From: a virus | Strand: one strand, 5' to 3' | DNA: 64,000 nt | IMG/VR virus record: IMGVR_UViG_3300044846_005100 | Location: 64,001-128,000 of that record | Shown: in pieces, positions 17,971 through 25,673 of the stretch | Numbering within the stretch: the stretch's first letter is position 1 | Layout of the letters: each line of letters begins with the position of its first letter | Notes under the pieces: model-generated | What the model saw: only the letters and a program-made list of their open reading frames with translations | Database searches by the model: none | What the model was told of the DNA's origin: nothing | Program-made: the position numbers and the translations under genes

Positions 17971-18381
17971 TTAATTGATAGTAGGTAGATAGTTTAAAAA
18001 ATAATCTTCATCAAACCATTGCATAGTACCTTTATAATTATCATTGTATATTAATACTCCATTTGATTCAATTGATTCATAGTGTACCAATACGGCTATG
18101 GACTCTTGAAACGTGTCCTTACAAAGTATTTTTGTAGTGTCAAACAATATAGTGGCTAATTCCTCTACAAAAAAGTCTACATAAATTTTAACCACAATTG
18201 TAGGTTCTATTTGTAGCACTCCATTGGATTCATATTTACCTTCTCGCAATTGGCACAATATTTCAGTATTGTTTGCTTTTAAGCCTCCATACAATTCAAT
18301 GATTCTGTCTTTTGTTTTTTCAAAATCTAATTTGCCTAACGTTCCAATATTCATACCAACGTTTAATTCTATTTTACGCAT
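17971..18381 (-). CDS. putative S-adenosylmethionine lyase (T3 SAMase-like anti-restriction protein)
   Basis: Start MRKIEL after the promoter; GKYE...EPTIVV...LC...QESIAV...GVLIY parallels T3 SAMase GCYRE...EKTVRV...AC...QDCVLV...GLVY. Confidence 0.6.
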   Translation of the reverse strand: MRKIELNVGMNIGTLGKLDFEKTKDRIIELYGGLKANNTEILCQLREGKYESNGVLQIEPTIVVKIYVDFFVEELATILFDTTKILCKDTFQESIAVLVHYESIESNGVLIYNDNYKGTMQWFDEDYFLNYLPTIN

Positions 18382-18414
18382 GTTTTTTTCTTTTTTAATG
18401 ATTAATAAATATGA

Positions 18415-18482
18415 TGCAAAATTACTACCTTTGTGTATTGTGTCCAACAAGTTTTGTTGCAAAAAACACAACTTTTGTTGCA
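18415..18482 (-). promoter_or_regulatory. early promoter with tandem TGCAACAA boxes (copy 2)
   Basis: TAATTTTGCA 18415-18424; boxes at 18454 and 18475. Confidence 0.8.
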
Positions 18483-18486
18483 ATTC

Positions 18487-18717
18487 TTAATAAGTTTTAT
18501 TTTTATATAGGCTTGAAATTCTTTGGTTACGCACCCTTGTATTTGTCTTTCTTACTGAAATTCTTATCATTTCAATAAAAGATACTACCAAAAATAAACA
18601 TCCATAAGATACAATAAAGATATAAATATCAAAGTGCAATATATCTAAAATCATTGCGTATGTACTTGATATTATTGTTATTGTGCTAATAGCCAGCACT
18701 AAAATTGTTTTTTTCAT
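18487..18717 (-). CDS. small two-TM membrane protein
   Basis: Two hydrophobic helices and a basic tail. Confidence 0.7.
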   Translation of the reverse strand: MKKTILVLAISTITIISSTYAMILDILHFDIYIFIVSYGCLFLVVSFIEMIRISVRKTNTRVRNQRISSLYKNKTY

Positions 18718-18864
18718 TTTACTTTAATTTAATTTTTTTTATTAATACACGTTTCACATTGGAGGCATAAACCTAATTTATGTTTTTCTACAAAAAATAC
18801 ATTTTTACACGTATTATTTATGCAAAGTATTGGATATTTTTTCATTTTACTTTAATTTAATTTT
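18709..18864. repeat. 28-bp direct repeat flanking a small ORF
   Basis: TTTTTTCATTTTACTTTAATTTAATTTT at 18709-18736 and 18837-18864. Confidence 0.8.
18729..18845 (-). CDS. tiny Cys-rich (Zn finger-like) protein, 38 aa
   Basis: MKKYPILCINNTCKNVFFVEKHKLGLCLQCETCINKKN*. Confidence 0.55.
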   Translation of the reverse strand: MKKYPILCINNTCKNVFFVEKHKLGLCLQCETCINKKN

Positions 18865-18975
18865 GTTAAGTTTTTCTAAAATTAATACTATAAAAACTAT
18901 AAATATATACACTAAACAAGGTATAGTTGCTATTTTTAAGTCTGTGAACAAAAGTTCTTTTAATTCTACTATCAT
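18847..18975 (-). CDS. tiny single-TM protein, 42 aa
   Basis: MIVELKELLFTDLKIATIPCLVYIFIVFIVLILEKLNKIKLK*. Confidence 0.55.
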   Translation of the reverse strand: MIVELKELLFTDLKIATIPCLVYIFIVFIVLILEKLNKIKLK

Positions 18976-18977
18976 TT

Positions 18978-19217
18978 TTAATCTATTATTTCATTACCAA
19001 ACGTGTCTAAATTTTTACCCTCAAGTATATATATCATTGCTTCAAGGCTTTCATCCCCCCCGAATCCTTCTTCTTTTTCATGTACCTGCTTATATCTTAT
19101 CTCTATAGCTTTTTTAGCTTGTTGTTTTGATAGGTATGCACCTAAAAGTAAGCCCACCCCGAAACATATAATAAACATCCCGAATAAATTGTAATAGTTT
19201 AAACTTGTCTTTTTCAT
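18978..19217 (-). CDS. small membrane protein
   Basis: N-terminal TM helix. Confidence 0.7.
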   Translation of the reverse strand: MKKTSLNYYNLFGMFIICFGVGLLLGAYLSKQQAKKAIEIRYKQVHEKEEGFGGDESLEAMIYILEGKNLDTFGNEIID

Positions 19218-19247
19218 TTTGATTATATTTTAAGTTGTTATTTAATA

Positions 19248-19496
19248 TTAATTTTCTACTATTTCATTTTCAAAAATAGATTGATACTTTTTTGGTAGTT
19301 TTTTATACTTTGTAATTTTGTGTCCACTACTCCATGAATTTATGAACGTCTCAAGGATAACAAACGAATTATTTAAGCCACTTAGCACCCAATGCCCCGA
19401 ACCCAAAACTCCCTCGTTAAATTGGTGCGCTATGCCCCCTTTATCAATATAATCATTGATTAATTTGTCCGCAGTTTGATAATTGTATAATTTCAT
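19248..19496 (-). CDS. conserved phage hypothetical protein
   Basis: EGVLGSG...E.FINSWSSGH...Y.KLPKKY. Confidence 0.75.
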   Translation of the reverse strand: MKLYNYQTADKLINDYIDKGGIAHQFNEGVLGSGHWVLSGLNNSFVILETFINSWSSGHKITKYKKLPKKYQSIFENEIVEN

Positions 19497-19533
19497 ATCT
19501 TTATAATTTTAAGTTGTTATTATTTTAAATTTT

Positions 19534-19941
19534 TTATATTGTACTTTTTGAATAATTATTTACCAATTCTTTTATCTGATTTTCACTATATTTTTTGCAA
19601 ACATACTCCAATGCTTCTGAAATACTTGTAGCGTTTGGTACTTTTATAGTGGCTTTTGTTTTTAAATGTAGTGTATTTAATTCGGGTGCATATTTATGTA
19701 CCTCCAATCCAATTACTTTATTTTCAATCAAAGATAGTTTTTTCAATTCAAACGCTAAATTTACCACCTCTATAGTGAAATTAAATTTTTGAATATTTTC
19801 GGACGTTAAAGCCTCTAATTTGTCTATATTTTGAGTATAATAGTCAATCCTTAGCTTTTTAGCTTTTAACCCGAATTTGCCCTTACAATTCACTTTGTAT
19901 ATGCAATTTTTTACTAATTCTAATTTGTGTAATTTATTCAT
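19534..19941 (-). CDS. hypothetical protein
   Basis: Start reassigned to MNKLHK. Confidence 0.65.
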   Translation of the reverse strand: MNKLHKLELVKNCIYKVNCKGKFGLKAKKLRIDYYTQNIDKLEALTSENIQKFNFTIEVVNLAFELKKLSLIENKVIGLEVHKYAPELNTLHLKTKATIKVPNATSISEALEYVCKKYSENQIKELVNNYSKSTI

Positions 19942-20021
19942 ATTTTTTATTTTTACTACTTGCACCCCGAAAGGTGCAACGCTTTTGGCTTAAAGTCTAT
20001 TTATAGTTGCCAAAACAACTT

Positions 20022-20186
20022 TTAGTGTATTATAACTCCATTCGGAGTACGTTCGATTTTTTTGCCTATAGATTCTAAATATCTATAGTATTCGGCTTTA
20101 TTCATAGTATATCCACCATTATTTGAATATCCTACACTACTTGGAACGTTTGACACTTGTGTTTCTTTTTTTTGATTTTGTACCAT
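20022..20186 (-). CDS. small protein, 54 aa (not in ORF track)
   Basis: MVQNQKKETQVSNVPSSVGYSNNGGYTMNKAEYY...NGVIIH*; paralog of the 13158 N-terminus. Confidence 0.75.
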   Translation of the reverse strand: MVQNQKKETQVSNVPSSVGYSNNGGYTMNKAEYYRYLESIGKKIERTPNGVIIH

Positions 20187-20219
20187 TTTGATTATAATTT
20201 AAATTTATGAATAATTTGT

Positions 20220-20528
20220 TTAATTTGATTGAATTTTGCCATTTTTTACATCTATAATACCTTTAGGTATTTCCCCCCCTCTAAACATTACTTTTTGCCA
20301 CATTGGATAAAAGCACCCCGAAAAATATCTTACCGCAAAACAAGTACTATCAATTGCAATTAGTTTGTAATAGTTAGCCGAAACTCCAATTTCATTATCC
20401 ATGAATTTTGTAGTATTTGAGAAACCGTTGCCAAACCCCCTGCTATTATCTACAAGTCCATTTTTTTCTAATTGTAGCCAATTTGCTTTTGTTAAATCGT
20501 AAAAAACTAAATTTTTGTTATCTATCAT
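20220..20528 (-). CDS. hypothetical protein
   Basis: VRYFSGCFYP motif. Confidence 0.7.
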   Translation of the reverse strand: MIDNKNLVFYDLTKANWLQLEKNGLVDNSRGFGNGFSNTTKFMDNEIGVSANYYKLIAIDSTCFAVRYFSGCFYPMWQKVMFRGGEIPKGIIDVKNGKIQSN

Positions 20529-20539
20529 TTTAATATAAT

Positions 20540-20707
20540 TTAATTTTGTGAATTTTGTTTTAATTCCTTAATAATAGTTTTAATACCACCTTGTAAATAT
20601 CCTATAGTATAGGCATGAGACACTTTTTTTTCAGTAAATTGTGTTTCACTATCTTGTAAAAGACTTTCCAAAGTTTTTAAAATTGCATTTTTTTGTTGAT
20701 TTTTCAT
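20540..20707 (-). CDS. small protein, 55 aa (not in ORF track)
   Basis: MKNQQKNAILKTLESLL...SHAYTIGYLQGGIK; preceded by the repeated leader motif. Confidence 0.65.
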   Translation of the reverse strand: MKNQQKNAILKTLESLLQDSETQFTEKKVSHAYTIGYLQGGIKTIIKELKQNSQN

Positions 20708-20734
20708 TTTGATTATATTTTAATTTGTGAATAA

Positions 20735-21070
20735 TTAGTTTAATGTTATTAAAAAGTGTCTATCAAATTTATACCCTAATTCCTTAGCTATGTTATTGCA
20801 CGCCTTTAGCCAAAGGCTTGTATATAGCACCATTTTTGGACTTGTAGGATATTGTGTACCTAAATACCACAATATAGTATCTTTATTATCTATTTGACTT
20901 TGCAAACATTTGTATTTGTGCATAGATTCGCTTAACTCGCTTTTTGCCTCGTTTAACGTTTCACAATCTTTGAAAATAACATCCCAAACACTTTGTTCTA
21001 AATTATCATTGCTTTTAATAGCACCGCTTTTAATCATTGCAAATTTTGCTTTTTTACTTAATTTTTTCAT
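20735..21070 (-). CDS. first early gene, hypothetical
   Basis: Start reassigned to MKKLSKKAK with the repeated A-rich leader. Confidence 0.65.
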   Translation of the reverse strand: MKKLSKKAKFAMIKSGAIKSNDNLEQSVWDVIFKDCETLNEAKSELSESMHKYKCLQSQIDNKDTILWYLGTQYPTSPKMVLYTSLWLKACNNIAKELGYKFDRHFLITLN

Positions 21071-21197
21071 TTTATATTTTTTTAAGTTTTTAAATATTGT
21101 GTTTAACAGGAAACATAGTACACCCATTCACTTTTTGACATACCTCTAGCAGTAGCCTTTTAGTGCTTATGTACCAATCCCTCCCGATTAATAACAA

Positions 21198-21266
21198 TGC
21201 AAATATACAACATTCCGCACCCCTATTCCTACAACTTTTGTTACACAAAATAGTAATTTTGTTGCA
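21198..21266 (-). promoter_or_regulatory. early promoter with tandem TG(C/T)AACAA boxes (copy 1)
   Basis: TATATTTGCA 21198-21207; boxes at 21238 and 21259. Confidence 0.75.
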
Positions 21267-22163
21267 AAAGTAAAATAATTTCACAAAGGCTTCTATCCCC
21301 TCCCTCCCGAATATTTGCTATAATGGATAATAGAGAGGCAATCCACAGAGAGGCTATAATGGATGAATATACGGAGTTTGTCCTATACCCAACTCTATAT
21401 TCTCCCACTCGATACAAAATCGTGGCTTAGAACGCAAATATGGAGGTCATTATATTTCATCCACTGAAATATTTACACAACTCCCCCGAATTTTCCCCGA
21501 ATCATATCATAATAAACTCCCCTCGATTGGGTTAAGTAATTACCGCCCCCACTTGTGTAGCGTACCGCCCGAACGTCCGCCCCTTGCCCTTTGTATATTG
21601 TACTAATGGAACGCACCGAGTACCCACGTCTATACATTGCCTTATATAACTACCGCCTTATATATGTATAAACTAACTCAAGCCTCCGCCACCACCACCC
21701 ACGCACCCGAACAAGTGCCACGAGTGCCACCCCCTCGTCTCGATTCGTCCGCCTCGATTCGTTCCGAGTGCCTCCGCCACGTCCTCCGCACCTCCTCCGA
21801 GTTATTTTTTTTTGGGTATGCAAAAACTCCACAGAACTTTTCTCAAGGGGGGATTTCAAAATTGGGCTTTGTATGGTGGGCTTCGTAGGGAGGATACCCC
21901 ATTTTTTATCCACACAAACCATTTCGGGTATGTGAGTAAAAAAAATAAAATGGTGATATGGGGGTGATGATTATTTTTTATCCTCATATATGATTTTGGG
22001 TAGAGGGTAAAAAAATTTTAGGGGGTGGGGGTATGGATCTTTTTTTTGGATTTTTTCTGGGTGATTTTTTAGGCTATTTTGGATATTCAAAAACTGCACA
22101 TAAATAAATAAAGAAGGGATAAAAAAAGTGCCCAGTAAAATCAAGGGTTCCGAGAGGGCAAAA

Positions 22164-22400
22164 GTACATTTTTGTACTTTTCGTGTACATTTTTGTACTT
22201 TTGACACGCTGAAACCCGCATTTCTTCGTTGAGGGGTTTTTAAAAAATGGGTGACTTAGGGGGTGACTTAGGGGGTTATAATTTGTAAAGTAAAATGCTT
22301 ATAATTTGTAAAATAATTCTTGCTATTTGTACAAAAGTTTGTATCTTTGTATTTTAAAAAATAGAAAAAATAATTATGTTCACAAAATAATTATGTTCAC
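22164..22400 (+). repeat. cluster of four duplicated motifs (iteron-like)
   Basis: GTACATTTTTGTACTTTT x2 (22164, 22185); GGGTGACTTAGG x2 (22249, 22261); TTATAATTTGTAAA x2 (22276, 22299); AAAATAATTATGTTCAC x2 (22367, 22384). Confidence 0.85.
22320..22349 (+). promoter_or_regulatory. canonical sigma-A promoter; -7 region duplicated near 22489
   Basis: TTG-N19-TATCTTTG; TTTGTATCTTTGTATTTTAAAA recurs near 22485. Confidence 0.7.
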
Positions 22401-22515
22401 AATCCGTGAACAATAAAGAAAAATGAACAAGTATTAAAAAATGGTTGAAATAATAAAAAATAATAAATAATTTTTATAAAAAAATTTGTATCTTTGTATT
22501 TTAAAATAATAAATA

Positions 22516-22899
22516 ATGAAAATAGCAATGTATGATTTGGAAGGAAACTTCCTAGATATTTTTGAAGTAAAGAGTTTCAAGGAATTGGAAACTTCTTTAG
22601 AGATTCCTAGTGGATCCTTGAGAGCATGTATAGTGGGTAAACAGTTGTCCACTATTAATAGACAATTCAGATTGGTGTCTGATAAAGGAAGATTGATTAA
22701 TAGAATTGGAGACATTTCCAGTCTTACTTCTGATTTTAATAAGCCAGTATTTAAGTTTTATAAGGGAAGGTATATTAATACATATTCTTCTGTGAGAAAT
22801 GCTTCAGAGATCAATGGTATAGATGAGGCAGCTATAAATAGATGCTGTAAAGGTAAGGGAAACTCTGCTGGAGGATTTGAATGGAAATATGCAAAATAA
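22516..22899 (+). CDS. NUMOD1-repeat DNA-binding protein
   Basis: MYDLEGNFLDIF and YSSVRNAS...INRCCKG..SAGGFEWKY; no nuclease domain visible. Confidence 0.75.
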   Translation: MKIAMYDLEGNFLDIFEVKSFKELETSLEIPSGSLRACIVGKQLSTINRQFRLVSDKGRLINRIGDISSLTSDFNKPVFKFYKGRYINTYSSVRNASEINGIDEAAINRCCKGKGNSAGGFEWKYAK

Positions 22900-22908
22900 A
22901 TAAGATAT

Positions 22909-23397
22909 ATGAATTATGTAACTTATCATGTTGGGGATGTTTTAGTGTTTGATCCAGAAAGCCCAAGGCCAATGAATGCAAACCCAGGATCTCAAGCAAG
23001 AGTAATACATCATAGTTCAAATTATGATAGTATGGTTGAGGTTGTATGGATTGATGGATTATCAAATGGCCAAGTAAATGGAAAATATTATAAACATAAT
23101 TTCAAAAAAGTTTGTAGTACTTTAGAAGAAAGTAATGGATGGCATTCTATGAGCATACCTAGCAATGGAGCATGGATAGAAGATTGTTCAGGTGTAGATA
23201 GACAAGGACCTTCTACATATTCTATCCCTGCTGACACTTTACCCTGGAATGAAAAAGAAGAAGAAGAAGAACCTGCTTCTAAAGAAGTAATAAAAGGCAG
23301 TTTAAAAAATATTTTAGATTGTATCAAAGAAGCTCCTGAGTTGGTAGATATTCTTGAAAGGATGGCAATCAATTACGTTAAAAACAAAAAGAAATAA
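22909..23397 (+). CDS. hypothetical protein
   Basis: 162 aa ORF; SH3-like N-terminus. Confidence 0.7.
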   Translation: MNYVTYHVGDVLVFDPESPRPMNANPGSQARVIHHSSNYDSMVEVVWIDGLSNGQVNGKYYKHNFKKVCSTLEESNGWHSMSIPSNGAWIEDCSGVDRQGPSTYSIPADTLPWNEKEEEEEPASKEVIKGSLKNILDCIKEAPELVDILERMAINYVKNKKK

Positions 23398-23398
23398 A

Positions 23399-23578
23399 AT
23401 GAAAAAGTATTTAATAAATTTATTAATAATAACAGCAATATTTGCTTGTATGAGATTCTGTATAGAATTTGTATTTGGTTTAACACCTAATGAAGGCTTA
23501 AAATGGTTTTTATTAGTATGTTGGTTTTTTTGTATAGGTTTTGCAACTGCATCCCATTTAATTAGTTTATATGAATAA
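23399..23578 (+). CDS. small two-TM membrane protein
   Basis: Start MKKYLINLL; hydrophobic. Confidence 0.65.
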   Translation: MKKYLINLLIITAIFACMRFCIEFVFGLTPNEGLKWFLLVCWFFCIGFATASHLISLYE

Positions 23579-23888
23579 TATGATAGAACAATTAAGAGAA
23601 TATTTTGAAAATACTCCAAGAGAAAAAGTGTTAGAAGACTGGGGTAAAAGTGCTCATTTAGATAATGTGGGACCTACAATGGATGAATTCATGGATAATA
23701 CCTATGAAAATTGCATTAAGCAAGAAGCTTCTATATATGCAGAGGATTGGGAAGAAATCAATCAATTAGATTGGGAAACAATGGTTCCTATTGAAGTTAG
23801 TAAGATTGATTTTATTACAGGAGCCAAATCAGATTCTGCAAAAGCTTATTGGTATAATCAATTTTTAAAAGAAAGGGGAGAGATTTAA
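23571..23888 (+). CDS. hypothetical protein
   Basis: LREYFENTPREKVLEDW...GPT. Confidence 0.75.
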   Translation: MNNMIEQLREYFENTPREKVLEDWGKSAHLDNVGPTMDEFMDNTYENCIKQEASIYAEDWEEINQLDWETMVPIEVSKIDFITGAKSDSAKAYWYNQFLKERGEI

Positions 23889-23910
23889 AGTATTTCAATA
23901 AAAATATATT

Positions 23911-24096
23911 ATGAAAAATATAGAATTTTATGAGAAACTTTCGGCCCCATGTGATATACATGTCTGTACATGTGAGCAATGTAGGGCTGTGAAGAGAAAA
24001 ACAAAAAACAGATCTTTAAAAAAGAGAATAAAAAGACTTTTAAACAAAAAAAGAAGGAAACAATTTGGTAAAAAGATATGTTATATGTGGGGATAA
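23911..24096 (+). CDS. small basic Cys/His protein
   Basis: HVCTCEQC plus K/R-rich tail. Confidence 0.65.
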   Translation: MKNIEFYEKLSAPCDIHVCTCEQCRAVKRKTKNRSLKKRIKRLLNKKRRKQFGKKICYMWG

Positions 24097-24107
24097 AGTA
24101 AAATTAT

Positions 24108-24629
24108 ATGTACGAGAAGGTAATTAAATTAAAACATCACGAGAAAGCAGCTAAAATTAATTTAGAAACTGGAGCAGTGGAAGAAATTGAGGGTAAAGAA
24201 AGGGTTGTTAAGAAGCCAAAAGACCCTACAATGAATTTTTTTATCAGTTCCGAGAGCTATTCTAGGTTTTTTACAAAAGCTTGGTTACTTTTAGAGACTC
24301 AAACTACAGATGTTGAGTTTAAAGTTGCTTATAAGATGTCTATGATGGCCCATGCCTACACAAATAGTCTGGAACCATTAAGACCAGAGAGTACTATGAA
24401 GGAATTAGCGGATTTTTTTAATGTAGACAGAAGAAAAATTCTCACTATAATAGAAAAATTATTTAAATTAGGAGTTATTGGGAAGTTTCAGGTGTATGAT
24501 CGGTTTGAAAATCACCATAACTACTGGGTATTCAACCCATATTTATCTTTTAACGGCAAAATTATTAAAAAAGATGTACAAGGATTATTTGATAAGACAC
24601 ATTATGCTGCTTTAGCAAAGGATTTTTAA
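24108..24629 (+). CDS. RepL-like winged-HTH replication/maintenance protein
   Basis: INLETG, TMKELADFFNVDRRKI HTH, VFNPYLSFNG. Confidence 0.7.
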   Translation: MYEKVIKLKHHEKAAKINLETGAVEEIEGKERVVKKPKDPTMNFFISSESYSRFFTKAWLLLETQTTDVEFKVAYKMSMMAHAYTNSLEPLRPESTMKELADFFNVDRRKILTIIEKLFKLGVIGKFQVYDRFENHHNYWVFNPYLSFNGKIIKKDVQGLFDKTHYAALAKDF

Positions 24630-24640
24630 AAAAAAATAAT

Positions 24641-24669
24641 TTGTATTTAAAAAAATAGTTGTATCTTTG
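24641..24669 (+). promoter_or_regulatory. sigma-A promoter
   Basis: TTG-N18-TATCTTTG. Confidence 0.7.
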
Positions 24670-24687
24670 CAAAATAAATATAAAAAT

Positions 24688-24897
24688 ATGTCAAATTCAA
24701 GTAAAAATTCAGGAGGAATAGGAATAGGTTTAATTATATTTCTCATATTCCTTACACTCAAATTAGCAAAAGTAGGAATAGTAGCTAATTGGTCATGGTG
24801 GACAGTAACAAGTCCGTTATGGGGGCCAATTGTAGCGGTGTTTTTGTTGGCTACTATCCTTAGCATTATCAATAAAGTATATGATATTGTAAGTTAA
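24688..24897 (+). CDS. small phage membrane protein (WSWW..SPLW family)
   Basis: GGIG...FLTLKL...WSWWTVTSPLW. Confidence 0.8.
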   Translation: MSNSSKNSGGIGIGLIIFLIFLTLKLAKVGIVANWSWWTVTSPLWGPIVAVFLLATILSIINKVYDIVS

Positions 24898-24960
24898 TTT
24901 ATTTAAGTTATCCAGGGAACTATAGCCTTGGCGGTTGGCAACTCCGTATAAGTTGTATTT

Positions 24961-25031
24961 GCCTCTATGACCGAGTGGCTAGGTGTAGGTCTGCAAAATC
25001 TATTACGGAGGTTCGATCCCTTCTGGAGACT
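24961..25031 (+). tRNA. tRNA-Cys(GCA)
   Basis: Cloverleaf: anticodon arm TAGGT-CTGCAAA-ATCTA, T arm GGAGG-TTCGATC-CCTTC, U73 discriminator; one acceptor mismatch; CCA not encoded. Confidence 0.85.
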
Positions 25032-25058
25032 CTTTTTAAAACAAAAAACATTAAAATT

Positions 25059-25340
25059 ATGTATCAAAAATGTCCAATATGTAATGGAGCAGGAAAAATT
25101 ACTGAATTAGGTGTTTCCTACACTACTTGTCCTTCATGTAAAGGAGAAAGAATAATTTCTGAGTTAACAGGGTTGCCGCCAAAAAAACCTACAGAAACAG
25201 CAGTAAATCAAAATACTGATTTTCCTTTTAAACCTTTTATTAAATACAGTTGTTCAGGAGCTTGTTTTTGTGATGGAAGTTGCAAGAAAAATTCAGATAT
25301 TGATATAGATGCTTTAAAACTATTTGCAGGAATATTATAA
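25059..25340 (+). CDS. DnaJ-type Zn-finger protein
   Basis: CPICNGAG...CPSCKGER; start reassigned downstream of the tRNA. Confidence 0.75.
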   Translation: MYQKCPICNGAGKITELGVSYTTCPSCKGERIISELTGLPPKKPTETAVNQNTDFPFKPFIKYSCSGACFCDGSCKKNSDIDIDALKLFAGIL

Positions 25341-25357
25341 AATAATAACAAAAAAAT

Positions 25358-25672
25358 ATGTGTAGATTAATATGCATCAATGATGCAAACAGACCGAAAG
25401 AAATTCCAAAGAAAAAATGGATTACCAAAGACCAAGAGTACACTTGTATTTGGATTACTATTCACCCCGATCAAGGTAATATCCAGGGTGTAATGCTGGC
25501 CGAAGTTACTTTAGATGAAACCTGTGCTCCTTATGAGACTTATAAGCTGAGTAGATTTGGTATTCATATAGATGATTTGGAAGACTTTATTGCTTTGGCA
25601 AAAGAATGTAGTGGGTTTAGTTCAGATACAATTAAAGAAATTATAGAACAAGAAAATCTAGTAATGGTATAA
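25358..25672 (+). CDS. conserved phage hypothetical protein
   Basis: ICINDANRPKEIP..KW...Y...PYE.Y..SRF. Confidence 0.75.
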   Translation: MCRLICINDANRPKEIPKKKWITKDQEYTCIWITIHPDQGNIQGVMLAEVTLDETCAPYETYKLSRFGIHIDDLEDFIALAKECSGFSSDTIKEIIEQENLVMV

Positions 25673-25673
25673 T

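Larger units (their letters stand above)
21290..22430. other. non-coding divergence region; candidate genome terminus/packaging site and replication origin
   Basis: GC-rich; C-skewed to ~21800 then G-skewed; TTATCCACA at 21906; several tandem repeats; lies between divergent arms. Confidence 0.55.

Noticed and set aside
10146-21266. TTTTGTTGCA repeats as a CRISPR array
   Set aside because: Copies are kb apart, only 8-10 bp long and tied to promoter -7 elements; no cas genes
21637-22207. ORFs 21637-21888, 21650-21922 and 21971-22207
   Set aside because: Low-complexity translations of GC-skewed repeats with atypical codon use
24975-25058. N-terminal extension of the Zn-finger ORF
   Set aside because: Overlaps tRNA-Cys; the real start is likely 25059
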